Shown: in pieces, positions 1 to 8,589 of the stretch
Layout of the letters: the number at the start of each line of letters is the position of its first letter
Numbering within the stretch: the first letter of the stretch is position 1
Made by a program: the position numbers and the translations under genes
DNA from: a virus
Taxonomy: Duplodnaviria; Caudoviricetes
Length of the DNA stretch: 41,392 nt
Virus record (IMG/VR): IMGVR_UViG_3300031820_000010
Span: 1-41,392 of that record
Direction: 5' to 3' (one strand)
The notes under the pieces: model-generated
Seen by the model: the letters and a program-made list of their open reading frames with translations, nothing else
Told to the model about the DNA's origin: nothing
The model's database searches: none

Positions 1-24
1 TTCCATGGGCGCGTTCTTCCGGGG

Positions 25-522
25 TCACGCTTTCGAATCCTTTGCGCGGGCGCGGATGTATTCGGCGATCAGCTCCGCTAATGCTTTTATATCGGTCGAA
101 CATGCAGCCGCCACCGTATCGGCGATCTTCGCCGCTTCCTCGAAGGCTTCGGCTCGGGCTTCTTCGGCAACATCCAATATGTGATCGTTAACTTCCTTGA
201 CACCATCGACAATCCGACGGCTGAGATGCATCTCGTGTTCATAGCTGGCCTTCGCTTTTAGTTCAGTTTCCTCCATCGCCGCCTCCACCGCATAGCCTAC
301 CTGCCGCTCCGGCCCCTCTGTAAACGCGATGATGCCCGGTTTTCGCTTACGGTCCTTCAGCCATGCGATAAGTCGCTCGGCACTGGCGTGTGTGTTGACG
401 CAGTTTGCCTGAGTCTCGCTAACCGCCGCCTCGATCTCGGTGGCGATCTCGTCTAAAAGTCCTTTTCGAGGACCTGGCGCGCAAAGGCCAATGAGCTTTG
501 CAGCTCGCTCGCGAGGGGTCAA
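25..522 (-). CDS. Hypothetical early protein (paralogue of 40938-41171; MTPxERA...EEAAxI...IRARA)
   Basis: 165-aa ORF with 4-nt stop/start overlaps on both sides; shares terminal motifs with the 40938-41171 product. Confidence 0.7.
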   Translation of the reverse strand: MTPRERAAKLIGLCAPGPRKGLLDEIATEIEAAVSETQANCVNTHASAERLIAWLKDRKRKPGIIAFTEGPERQVGYAVEAAMEETELKAKASYEHEMHLSRRIVDGVKEVNDHILDVAEEARAEAFEEAAKIADTVAAACSTDIKALAELIAEYIRARAKDSKA

Positions 523-764
523 GGCTTTGGCTCCTTGAGCGCAGCGAGCGCCTCTTCAATCTCTCGGAACTCTGGCGAACGCATTCCAAGCTCCTTGGCA
601 ATCGCGAGGAAGCGTTCTGCCGCCAGCGCCAGCTTCTCATACCGCACCATTCGTGCAAGAAAACAGTCGCAGGCGTAGTGGGTGCCTTCGCCTAGGCCGC
701 ATTTCCGCTCGTCGATCACAGACTTCACCAGGCCCGTACCGTCGCAGACGGGGCATTTGGTCAT
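519..764 (-). CDS. Small Cys-rich protein (CPVCDGTG zinc-finger motif)
   Basis: CxxCxGxG plus CxC; coupled to both neighbours by 4-nt overlaps. Confidence 0.65.
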   Translation of the reverse strand: MTKCPVCDGTGLVKSVIDERKCGLGEGTHYACDCFLARMVRYEKLALAAERFLAIAKELGMRSPEFREIEEALAALKEPKP

Positions 765-931
765 CGGCGCAGCCTCTTATACATTTTTGTATTACACACA
801 GCCGTATAAAATCCTAAAATCGTCCCATGCGAACCTTCATGACTCGCCTTATCAATTGGCTGGTCCGCTTTTTGGACGAACAGGACAAGGGCGCTCGAAA
901 CGTGGACGGGACAAACTTTCCTTAGGCTCAC
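761..931 (-). CDS. Small hypothetical protein
   Basis: Fills the gap between coupled ORFs; likely GTG start overlapping the upstream stop. Confidence 0.4.
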   Translation of the reverse strand: MSLRKVCPVHVSSALVLFVQKADQPIDKASHEGSHGTILGFYTAVCNTKMYKRLRR

Positions 932-1116
932 TTCCCCGCCGCCTTTCGCCATGCCTCGTACTTTTCCTCAAGGGACCCGATCAATTCCCCTGGAATGATG
1001 CAAGCTTCCGCCGCTTCCAGCCGGGCGAGGAGAGCCATCAAATCAATCGGAGTTTTATTCCGCAACTCCGCAAATAATTTTGCCTGCTTCACATCCTCGT
1101 CGGTAAAGGCGCTCAT
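928..1116 (-). CDS. Hypothetical protein (FTDxD...LARLEAAE...WRKAAG)
   Basis: AGGAG RBS; similar to the 1982-2218 product. Confidence 0.7.
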   Translation of the reverse strand: MSAFTDEDVKQAKLFAELRNKTPIDLMALLARLEAAEACIIPGELIGSLEEKYEAWRKAAGK

Positions 1117-1149
1117 ACTAATCTCCTAACGGTTTGACAGTTGGCATAG

Positions 1150-1409
<260 letters not shown>

Positions 1410-1413
<4 letters not shown>

Positions 1414-1688
1414 TTCATTTCCTTCGGCAGGATCAGCGACCATTCCTGGGCATCGACGATGGAGCCTCTGCCGACGATGACGGGTCCATGAAAGGGCTCC
1501 ACCTCGTCGAACTTGCCCGTTTTCATCGCTTCCGAAAAGCGCCCCGTATCGGCAATCCAGGCCGCCTCTTCCAGCACCAGCTCTTGCGCCGTCAGCTTCA
1601 CTAGGCGGCCCGTCAGATACATCGTGACCGTGCGGATGAAGTAAGCCTGCCCGATCTTCCATGCTTCTGATGTGTCAGAGTTTTTCAT
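1410..1688 (-). CDS. Small beta-rich protein, DUF6948-like (possibly Sm/SH3-like fold)
   Basis: Pattern IGQAYFIRTVT..LTGRLV....ELVLEEAAWIADTGRF; strong AGGAG RBS. Family recalled, not searched. Confidence 0.6.
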
Positions 1689-1722
1689 TTCATCTCCTCG
1701 CTTGTTGACTGTAAACCATCAA

Positions 1723-1870
1723 CTATAAAAGTCCCATCAGTCGCTCGAACGCTTCCCGCGCTTGGGCCGGAACCACGCTGTTGCCCAGGGCTTTAATTCT
1801 GTCCACCCGGAAGGGTAGCCAGGGCCTTGGTGATTCCTCCGATGCCGCTAAATAAGTCCAGGCCAATCAT
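1723..1870 (-). pseudogene. Internally deleted C5-cytosine DNA methyltransferase
   Basis: Starts MIGLDLFSGIGGITKAL (motif I, FxGxG). After a frameshifted junction at about 1820 it reads LPFRVDRIKALGNSVVPAQAREAFERLMGLL* (motif X, GN[SA]V). Only 148 nt remain. Confidence 0.85.
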
Positions 1871-1977
1871 TCACTCCCCGTCGTTGGCCCGTTTCTGCAC
1901 TCCGGGCATAGGTCGCTGGCTTCAATCGGGCTGCCTTCGTCGCCCTGCATTAGGCCGCAATTCCAGCACTGGTACAT
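1867..1977 (-). CDS. 36-aa zinc-ribbon microprotein (MYQCWNCG...LCPECR)
   Basis: Two CxxC pairs, GGGGAG RBS; stop overlaps the methyltransferase ATG. Confidence 0.6.
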   Translation of the reverse strand: MYQCWNCGLMQGDEGSPIEASDLCPECRNGPTTGSE

Positions 1978-1981
1978 GGTG

Positions 1982-2218
1982 TCACTCCCCATTGATCCCC
2001 ACCGCCGAAGCCCGCCAGACGCGCACAAGCAAACTCTCAGAATTTAATAAGCCGCTATCGATCGCGTAGCGGCAAATCGTCTCAGCCGCTTCTAAGCGCC
2101 CCATAAGGCTTTCGCACTCCTCAGCTTCTAGGCGCACCTCTTCGTAACAGGCCCGCGCAATGCGCGCTTTATCAGCAAGGCGCTGGATATCGTCATTGGT
2201 AAAAGGCGTTAAAGGCAT
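1982..2218 (-). CDS. Hypothetical protein (paralogue of 928-1116)
   Basis: FTNDD...GRLEAAE...VWRASA motifs; start is either 2218 or 2272. Confidence 0.6.
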   Translation of the reverse strand: MPLTPFTNDDIQRLADKARIARACYEEVRLEAEECESLMGRLEAAETICRYAIDSGLLNSESLLVRVWRASAVGINGE

Positions 2219-2272
2219 AGTCGTTAAAAAGTTAAGTGGACCGCTGCGCAGGAATGGAATAAAGTCGTCCAT

Positions 2273-2512
2273 TCACTCACCGTTTAAGCCGACGGCCGCC
2301 AGAGCATCGGCCATCTGAAATAAGAGCCCGTCTAAGGCCGGATCGCGGCCGTGCTTCAGATATTCAAAACCGAAACGCCTAGCCGCATGAGCGACCTTCC
2401 AAAGTTTTTCAATCGTGTTGAACAAAGCCGCTTGATCGCGCCTTTTGGCGCCGCTTGAGCGCAGGGCCGCAAGGCGCACTTCATCGACGAGTCCTGGTAA
2501 AGGGGCTGTCAT
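2273..2512 (-). CDS. Hypothetical protein
   Basis: 79-aa ORF in the coupled operon. Confidence 0.55.
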   Translation of the reverse strand: MTAPLPGLVDEVRLAALRSSGAKRRDQAALFNTIEKLWKVAHAARRFGFEYLKHGRDPALDGLLFQMADALAAVGLNGE

Positions 2513-2694
2513 AAAACCTTCAATTCTTTCTTTTGCTGGTCCTGAAAATAAGCGCGCATGAGCCCGCGGCGAAGGATCTGGAGCGCTTCATCCAGTTGGT
2601 CCTCTTGAATTAAACCTGCCGGCTCGGTCGTTACAACCGGAGCGGGGGAGATTTTGCCTTTTTTAAGCTCTAGCGCCAAAATCGAATCCTCATC

Positions 2695-3132
2695 TTAAAT
2701 GCCGGCCGGAAGTTTCACCCCGGCCGCGCGCAGCTCGCGCGCGCATTCCTCCCAGGTCCTAGCGAAGAAGGCAATCGCGCCTTCTTTTCGCTGCGCCTCT
2801 AGAAACAATTTCTGCTCAAAACCCATCCGGCCGCCCTTGGGGCGCTTGACCTCGATAAAAAGCGGCCTTCCCCAGGGCGCGGCTAAGCTGCACAAAAAAG
2901 CCGGGACAATGCCGGCGATATCGGCGATCCCCTTGTCGGGCGGCTCGGCCGCCCACTTGCCGCACGTCGGGCAAGGCGTCCTTGCTAGAATAACCCAGTG
3001 CGGAATCCGGCAACATACGAGGCCCTCACGAATGACTTTGACAATCGTTTTTTCCAGCGTCTGGTCGATCCATGTCTGGCGCGCGGCTTTGAGGATGCTG
3101 CCGCGGCTGAAGAAGTGGCGCTGGGCGGTCAT
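2695..3132 (-). CDS. VRR-NUC family (PD-(D/E)xK) nuclease / resolvase
   Basis: KGIADI...LFIEVKRPKGGRMGFEQKLFL...GAIAFFAR, with an inserted CPTC. Confidence 0.85.
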   Translation of the reverse strand: MTAQRHFFSRGSILKAARQTWIDQTLEKTIVKVIREGLVCCRIPHWVILARTPCPTCGKWAAEPPDKGIADIAGIVPAFLCSLAAPWGRPLFIEVKRPKGGRMGFEQKLFLEAQRKEGAIAFFARTWEECARELRAAGVKLPAGI

Positions 3133-3223
3133 ATATCGAACTTGGTTTGCTCGCGCTCGGCAGCGACGCGGCGCGCGGCCATCTTTAGCCCCGTCGTGTC
3201 CGCGCCCATGAAACGATCAAGCG

Positions 3224-3763
3224 TTACCGCCCATTGATGCTCCAGTGGGTGACCATACATCTTCCGAACGGACCCTTTTTTTCTGGCCTGAAATCCAAAA
3301 GCCCCACACGTGAGCACATATCTTCGACAATGCGGCGGATTTGAGCTTCCGTCAAAAGTGTATCGTCCCACTCAATATCAAAGGCAATTTCCCAATGATC
3401 AAGCCTTGGGCGGTGACGGATGATACGACCCTTTGTCGCGGCAATGACGACGGGCCTAGAATCGACGAGATATTTCTTGACGCCGAGAGATAAGCGTTCT
3501 GGCGAAACAAAGACGCAGGCCGCCACAGATTTCTGCAACGACGAATTCTTTTTGCCTTTTGAATACGTTGCTGCCCCGACCAAGGCGCGTTGCAGGGCGA
3601 CACCTGGCACATACAACTCCTCCGTCTCCGGATCGCGGTAGGCACTATATTCCGCTTGCTCCTCTGGCGATTTTTTTTCAATTGCTTCTATCGGCACCAT
3701 CGGATAGGAATGCATAAGTAACGGACTGATACCTTTTAGCTTTACATGGACTTTTTTAATCAC
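3224..3763 (-). CDS. Stand-alone RAMP/Cas7-like RNA-binding protein (179 aa)
   Basis: GTG start at 3763 with AAAGGAG RBS. RAMP-like motifs: VKLKGISPLLMH, LYVPGVALQRAL (cf. IPGSSLKGALR) and C-terminal G-rich loop VGLLDFRPEKKGPFGR. Confidence 0.75.
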   Translation of the reverse strand: MIKKVHVKLKGISPLLMHSYPMVPIEAIEKKSPEEQAEYSAYRDPETEELYVPGVALQRALVGAATYSKGKKNSSLQKSVAACVFVSPERLSLGVKKYLVDSRPVVIAATKGRIIRHRPRLDHWEIAFDIEWDDTLLTEAQIRRIVEDMCSRVGLLDFRPEKKGPFGRCMVTHWSINGR

Positions 3764-3790
3764 TGGGTCTCCTTTCGAAGAGAACAAACA

Positions 3791-3895
3791 TTGCCTTGCC
3801 CTACCTCGCCGAACCTCGCCCGGCCAAACCTGACCCGACCCAACCTGACCGCACCTCGCCTGGGCAGACCAAGCCCGCCCATACCACACCAAATC
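3791..3895 (-). ncRNA. Putative guide RNA: array of 20 phased GGY-NN pentamers
   Basis: Minus strand reads GGTGT GGTAT GGGCG GGCTT GGTCT GCCCA GGCGA GGTGC GGTCA GGTTG GGTCG GGTCA GGTTT GGCCG GGCGA GGTTC GGCGA GGTAG GGCAA GGCAA. 18 of 20 units start with GGY. The array is intergenic and ends about 28 nt before the RAMP gene start. RNA status is inferred. Confidence 0.75.
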
Positions 3896-3907
3896 CCGCT
3901 TAAACTC

Positions 3908-4363
3908 TCACACCGCCAAACTCAGCTGCGCCCGCTTGGTGCCGGCGATATAAGCTTCCGCTTCCTTCCGAAGTCTTTCCAAAAGTTTGATACCGTGCTC
4001 TGGCATAAGCGGTGCCTCGCCCGTATCGGAATATTGATGAAACGGCAGATGCGGCGTATTGAAACAGAATGGCGCGTTTGACGTATCAAGTTCGACTTGG
4101 CCTGTCAGAACCGCCCCTTCGACTCCAGTTTCCTCCGACCGACTGAAGGAGACGCCCGTCACCGTCATGGACTGGGGTCGGTAGTCCGCCGGCAACTGAA
4201 GGATTTCGCGAGCCAATTTCACCAAGGCAGCCATCGCGGAAACGAAATCTTGATGCGTTGGCTCCTTACAGCGGAAGACCACGTCTTTTTCTTCCTTGTC
4301 CCGGTATTCCTCGAAGTGGATCTCGACAGCGCCGTCTTTGGTTTTAATTTTGGCAATGCGCAT
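3908..4363 (-). CDS. Phage hypothetical protein (151 aa)
   Basis: MRIAKIK start with GAGG RBS; globular composition. Confidence 0.75.
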   Translation of the reverse strand: MRIAKIKTKDGAVEIHFEEYRDKEEKDVVFRCKEPTHQDFVSAMAALVKLAREILQLPADYRPQSMTVTGVSFSRSEETGVEGAVLTGQVELDTSNAPFCFNTPHLPFHQYSDTGEAPLMPEHGIKLLERLRKEAEAYIAGTKRAQLSLAV

Positions 4364-4365
4364 GG

Positions 4366-4497
4366 TCACTTCCTCTCCCGCTTCGGCTTCCACCCCGTCT
4401 TACGCAGGATGCCGAAGACGTAAGCGTTCTTGCGTTCGCCTTTCAGGCCCAGTTTGCCGGCTTGCTTAACCAGTTTTTTCTCAAGTGCTTTAGGCAC
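4366..4497 (-). CDS. 43-aa basic microprotein (MPKALEKKLVKQAGKLGLKGERKNAYVFGILRKTGWKPKRERK)
   Basis: Translated by hand; GGAGG RBS upstream; fills the gap between neighbours. Confidence 0.6.
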   Translation of the reverse strand: MPKALEKKLVKQAGKLGLKGERKNAYVFGILRKTGWKPKRERK

Positions 4498-4512
4498 GGC
4501 TTCACCTCCAAG

Positions 4513-4803
4513 TTATTGCTGGCAGCCGGACGGCCCGGAACTTTCGCAGGGCTTTGAATAAGGCCGTTTGCCGATGCTCGAGGCAAGCTCCTGATCAGCC
4601 GGAATATTAACCTCGACGTCTTCTTGGCGCCGCCGCTCATTCATCAGATCCACAAATTCCCTCACCCATAGGCAATCCTGGCGACCGCCGATCTCGCAAT
4701 AGAAGACCGGCTGGCCGTTATAGGTCGCGGCCAGCTTGTCTTTATCGACCGGCAGGACCGCCCAGGGCAGTAGAAGCATAAAGGCCCATCTTTCTAGGTT
4801 CAT
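4513..4803 (-). CDS. Hypothetical protein with hydrophobic N-terminus
   Basis: Coupled to the upstream ORF by an ATGA overlap. Confidence 0.55.
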   Translation of the reverse strand: MNLERWAFMLLLPWAVLPVDKDKLAATYNGQPVFYCEIGGRQDCLWVREFVDLMNERRRQEDVEVNIPADQELASSIGKRPYSKPCESSGPSGCQQ

Positions 4804-5060
4804 GACTCAGCTCCCTCCCGTTTTTCCCCAGTTTCTTGACATTCCTTAACACGATTTGACGCGCTGAAATCGTTGGCATTCGGGCAGGTCGCAAAGTGGC
4901 TGACCATGGCGAGCTCGGTGCGGACAATGCAGGAAGAGGCATCCCAAGGCTTTACGGCGCTATAGACAGGGGCGCGGGGATCCAGTGGGATGCTCTTGCC
5001 ATCCCAGGTCGTTCCCCAGAAGATCTCTTTGCCGCAACCTTTGCAGTTAGACCTAGGCAT
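4800..5060 (-). CDS. Phage zinc-binding protein (CxxC...IPLD...SHFATCP)
   Basis: CKGCGKEIFW...GKSIPLDP...SHFATCPNA pattern, typical of small phage proteins. Confidence 0.7.
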   Translation of the reverse strand: MPRSNCKGCGKEIFWGTTWDGKSIPLDPRAPVYSAVKPWDASSCIVRTELAMVSHFATCPNANDFSASNRVKECQETGEKREGAES

Positions 5061-5303
5061 AGATTAATTGCTTCAGATGTGTCTGTTGACCGTTTTTTAA
5101 TTTCATATTGATTTCCAAAGCAAAAACGATTAATTGATTAAATCTACAAATCAAGTGCCTTGTCCCCTTATCCTTTACCTTGTCCTCATTCCCTTATACG
5201 CGCGCGTACGCGCACTGTATATAGAAGGAGAGAGAATAGAGTATTTATAAACATCTACCGTCTTAGGATTAAATTCCAAATGTGCGTTATCACTTGTGCA
5301 CAT
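5061..5303. other. Candidate replication origin / promoter region
   Basis: AT-rich non-coding gap immediately downstream of the DUF3987 gene, containing TATACGCGCGCGTACGCGCA. Confidence 0.45.
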
Positions 5304-6479
5304 TTACTCATTTCCATTCTTAGCCACATCGAGCCAACGGATCAAAGTAGTCGGTTTTTTCGCGTCTTTTTGAGTGATCTTAACGGTTTCGATCAATCCA
5401 GCCCCTTCTAAGTCGTCCACATACCCGCGGAGCCGTTGGCCGAAGATATGGGTCCGCCGCGAAAGATTGGTTTGGCTGATTTCGGAGCTCTCCTCGATGG
5501 CTGTGGCAATCTTCGTTCTTTCGCGGTCCCAATCTTTTTCAGTCACTTTGCGGATGATCTCCTGGACGTTCCTCTCCAGATAGCCCAGCATGTGCTTGGC
5601 TTCGCGCCAGACGCCCAAAGTGATCTCTGGGTATGTACCGAAGTCCGCCGCCATAACCATGGCCAATCGGTGGCTATAGATTTCGAGGTGTTTGGCTAAA
5701 AACGGTTGCGCCAAGGGATCGGCTCTATCGATACGGTCCCGGTATTCCCGGTACCAAACTTCGTATTCCGTACGGGCCTCGGAGGCATAACGAGCTTCAC
5801 CTTCCAATTCGGCGATCTTAAAGAGCCGGCGCACCAAATCAATCTTCTTGGATCTGTCGGCTGGAGGAGGAAAGGGGAAGCATTTGGCATTGGTTTTTGG
5901 TGCGGGAACCAGGATGAAACGGGGCAAGAAACCGGACATGATGGCTGAACCCTTGTCCCGGATCGAGTCATTCAGCCATTCTGGCGTCGAAGCGCCCCCA
6001 AAGCAAACGTAGGCGTCATGGATCTCAATCGTGCCCGCTTTGGTAGTCCTCAAATAGTCCTGTTCATGCCAAAGCGTGGTCAAGGCCGATTGGATGCCTT
6101 CGTTGTATTTTTTCTCGCAAGCGCTAAAGAACGATCGAGCCTCGTCATAAACCATCAAGCAGTGAGGACGTTGCTGGATGTCTTGGAGCAACTTCTCATG
6201 GCTCCATTCCTGGGCTAAGGCGAGCTCCGGCCGCACCTCACGAATGATTGAGGTGCAGATTTTAAGCGCCGTCGATTTGTGCATGGAGGCTCCGCCCAAT
6301 AGAATCACCCAAAGGTTCGGCCGCGGGTCAGCAATCCCAGTTCGAACCAAGCACTTAGGACCTAGCACCGCTGAAATCGCCAGGTAAGCGCCCCAGCGCA
6401 GGAACATGGACGGGCAATCCGTAAACTCCTCCGCATAGGCGACGAAAGCCTCCGAGAAGGTCTGCTCGGCTTCAAACAT
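5304..6479 (-). CDS. DUF3987/YfjI-type replication ATPase (putative helicase) with C-terminal winged helix
   Basis: PNLWVILLGGASMHKSTA (degenerate Walker A), MVYDEA (Walker B), GFLPRFILV. Likely start MFEAEQ at 6479, overlapping the upstream stop. Confidence 0.85.
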   Translation of the reverse strand: MFEAEQTFSEAFVAYAEEFTDCPSMFLRWGAYLAISAVLGPKCLVRTGIADPRPNLWVILLGGASMHKSTALKICTSIIREVRPELALAQEWSHEKLLQDIQQRPHCLMVYDEARSFFSACEKKYNEGIQSALTTLWHEQDYLRTTKAGTIEIHDAYVCFGGASTPEWLNDSIRDKGSAIMSGFLPRFILVPAPKTNAKCFPFPPPADRSKKIDLVRRLFKIAELEGEARYASEARTEYEVWYREYRDRIDRADPLAQPFLAKHLEIYSHRLAMVMAADFGTYPEITLGVWREAKHMLGYLERNVQEIIRKVTEKDWDRERTKIATAIEESSEISQTNLSRRTHIFGQRLRGYVDDLEGAGLIETVKITQKDAKKPTTLIRWLDVAKNGNE

Positions 6480-6861
6480 AGTCGAACTCCCTGGCCACAT
6501 CCAAACAAAGCAGATAGAACTCGCGGGCCAGCTCCAGCACGTCGGGATCTTCCGCCAAGGCCAAGGTTCGGACCCGCAGGGGCTCCCAGACCTCTGAGCC
6601 AGGCCGCTGCATTTCGGCGCCAGGGAAGGTAAGGATCTTTTCGGTGAGATAGTTTTCGCACTGCCAAGGGACTTTGCCTTCAAGGTAACGCTCCAAGCGC
6701 CGTCCAAGCCTGTCCCATGCTTCATGGATTTCATCTAATCGGTCTGGCCGGCTGTAGGCGACGCGCGCCAGTAAACTCTGATTCCTAAAGAGGATTTGTC
6801 CAGACTGCTCCGTCAAATAGTTCAGCAGCGCGGCGACTTTCTGGCGTGAATCTTCCGGCAT
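6472..6861 (-). CDS. Hypothetical protein, replication module
   Basis: GAGG RBS; overlaps the DUF3987 start. Confidence 0.7.
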   Translation of the reverse strand: MPEDSRQKVAALLNYLTEQSGQILFRNQSLLARVAYSRPDRLDEIHEAWDRLGRRLERYLEGKVPWQCENYLTEKILTFPGAEMQRPGSEVWEPLRVRTLALAEDPDVLELAREFYLLCLDVAREFDYV

Positions 6862-7097
6862 ACGGCGACCTCAAAAGTGATTCGGTACTACCCTTCTCCT
6901 AAAATGGTCCTAGAGTTTCGGCAACGGCCGCGCGCAATGCGGGCAAAGTTTTTGGTTGCCGCTAAAAATCCTGTGGCAGAAATTACAGAGGTGGTCGCCG
7001 CCGCCCGCCTCGCCCAAAGGTCGAGGCTTGGCGGGTCCTGGATTGGCTTGTGGCCCCGGCAAGCCAACGGCTGGATCTGCTTTATCGCTCTCAGGTC

Positions 7098-7415
7098 TCA
7101 TATCACATGTGTCCCTTCCACGCCGCGCGCCTCGCGCATGCGCGTGCGCCATTGCAAAATCTCAAGGGCCATGCGCAGGAGCCGGATCGCCAGATCATTC
7201 TGAAAACAGGCGAATTTCGACTGCTGGTAAAAAAGCAACCGGTCGATAGCCGCCCCGATCACGTCTTCCACCATCGCCCCGTTTTGTTCTTTCCGCTCTG
7301 CGCCGCGGCCCAGCGGCCCGTTCTGCCACTCGATCGTCAGGCCCGTATGTTCGGTCCGGCCGCCGGCGGGATTACCGTCCGGGTCCTCAATGTGCGCGCC
7401 AATGATTTCTTCCAT
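7098..7415 (-). CDS. Tad1/Acb2-like anti-defence nucleotide-sponge protein
   Basis: IEWQNGP...QNGAMVEDVI..AIDRL.FYQ.SKFAC..ND.A...L..AL..L..R...REARGVEGT parallels the recalled Tad1 pattern IKFQKG...HGV...DLL....DRL..FQ.GPF..RENA.A....EEAL....R...R..RNVLGT. Confidence 0.75.
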   Translation of the reverse strand: MEEIIGAHIEDPDGNPAGGRTEHTGLTIEWQNGPLGRGAERKEQNGAMVEDVIGAAIDRLLFYQQSKFACFQNDLAIRLLRMALEILQWRTRMREARGVEGTHVI

Positions 7416-7430
7416 GGTCCCTCCCCCTTT

Positions 7431-7646
7431 TTAATCGGCCCCATCGGCGGGTTCGACTTCTTTAGGCGACTGCCGTTGAGCTTGCTTGTCTTCTTCCGCC
7501 ATCTCTTTCACGATTCGAATCGCCACAGCGAAGCCAAAAAAGAGACCGTGAAGAAATTCGGCGCGGCCGACCAGATCAGTGGAATACCTTCGAAATTGCG
7601 AGCGTTCCTTCAGAAGCCGGCGAATGAGCTTTTGAGCGGGAATCAT
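7431..7646 (-). CDS. Hypothetical protein
   Basis: ATGA-coupled 71-aa ORF. Confidence 0.55.
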   Translation of the reverse strand: MIPAQKLIRRLLKERSQFRRYSTDLVGRAEFLHGLFFGFAVAIRIVKEMAEEDKQAQRQSPKEVEPADGAD

Positions 7647-7861
7647 TGGGCGGCCTTGTTCAATTCTGCGATCAGAGCATCGGCCATTTCCAAAGCCAGA
7701 ATCGATAAATACTTTTCTGGATTGTCTCGATCTTTGCAGCCGGCGACCGATAGCATGGCGTCATTGCCGGCAATCGAAGCCAAAAGCTTGGCTGCGAAGT
7801 ATTCTCGCTTCGTCAATCCGCCGGCAGGACCCGGGAAAGCCGGCTGATTAGGATCCGTCAT
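7643..7861 (-). CDS. Common phage small protein (PAFP...GLTKREYFAA...ADALIAEL)
   Basis: Recognisable phage motif; start MTDPNQ overlaps the upstream stop. Confidence 0.75.
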   Translation of the reverse strand: MTDPNQPAFPGPAGGLTKREYFAAKLLASIAGNDAMLSVAGCKDRDNPEKYLSILALEMADALIAELNKAAQ

Positions 7862-8152
7862 TCGGGCGCCTTGTAATTGGCAAAGGCTTTTTGAAATTCG
7901 GCCAGGCACAGATCGCACAGTTGATACACAAAAGCCCATCCCGGAAGCGCTAGGTCGCCCACTTTGGACGGTTTGCCGCAGGAGCTGCAGTAGCCGGCAT
8001 GAACGTTCGAGAAAATCCCGCCCGCATTCACGCTGGCCGTTTCCCGCAGTTGTCCGCATCGCAAGGGATTTCACGCAAGGGCTCCATAGCGCAACTCGAC
8101 AAAAGGCAGACCGCGATCACTGAAAGACAAGCCACAATCAGAATCCACCGGC

Positions 8153-8446
8153 TCAGGGCCGGTCCTCCACTTTGCTGAGAGCGTCCTTGATGTCTTTGCT
8201 GATCGGCTGGCCCTCAAGGACCACCGCGGCCCGCTTGAGCAAGGCGATCAGCTCGCTATGGGCGTTGACGGCCAGCACGATGTAGGCGGCGTTAGCTTCA
8301 CGCTCGGATAGGTCTTTAAGGTTCTTATCGGAAACAAAACCTAAGACCAAATTATCTGCACCTTGAATTGGGCGCACAGAATCACCTAGAAGGCTCATCG
8401 TTCCATTCATTACTTTCCACGGCGTCGGCGTATGCTTGGGTTCCAT
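8153..8446 (-). CDS. Common phage small protein (HTPxPW...ANAAYIV.AVN)
   Basis: Recognisable motif pair. Confidence 0.75.
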   Translation of the reverse strand: MEPKHTPTPWKVMNGTMSLLGDSVRPIQGADNLVLGFVSDKNLKDLSEREANAAYIVLAVNAHSELIALLKRAAVVLEGQPISKDIKDALSKVEDRP

Positions 8447-8589
8447 GATCAGGCCAGCTCCTCATCAACGAGGTGGTCCTCGCAGATCAGCTCGAGTGCA
8501 TAGCGCTGGTCCTGGGCGCAAGGGACCCAATCGTTGTCTTGACGCTGGCCGCAGTGACGGCAGTAATACAGGCTCATCGGTGACCTCCG

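Noticed and set aside
1-127. Physical direct terminal repeat of the virion DNA
   Set aside because: The length of exactly 127 nt and the geometry fit assembler k-mer overlap around a tandem repeat.
3764-3892. N-terminal extension of the RAMP ORF (MVWYGRAWSAQARCGQVGSGQVW...) shown in the ORF track
   Set aside because: It is the translation of the pentamer array; the strong RBS and GTG at 3763 mark the more likely start.
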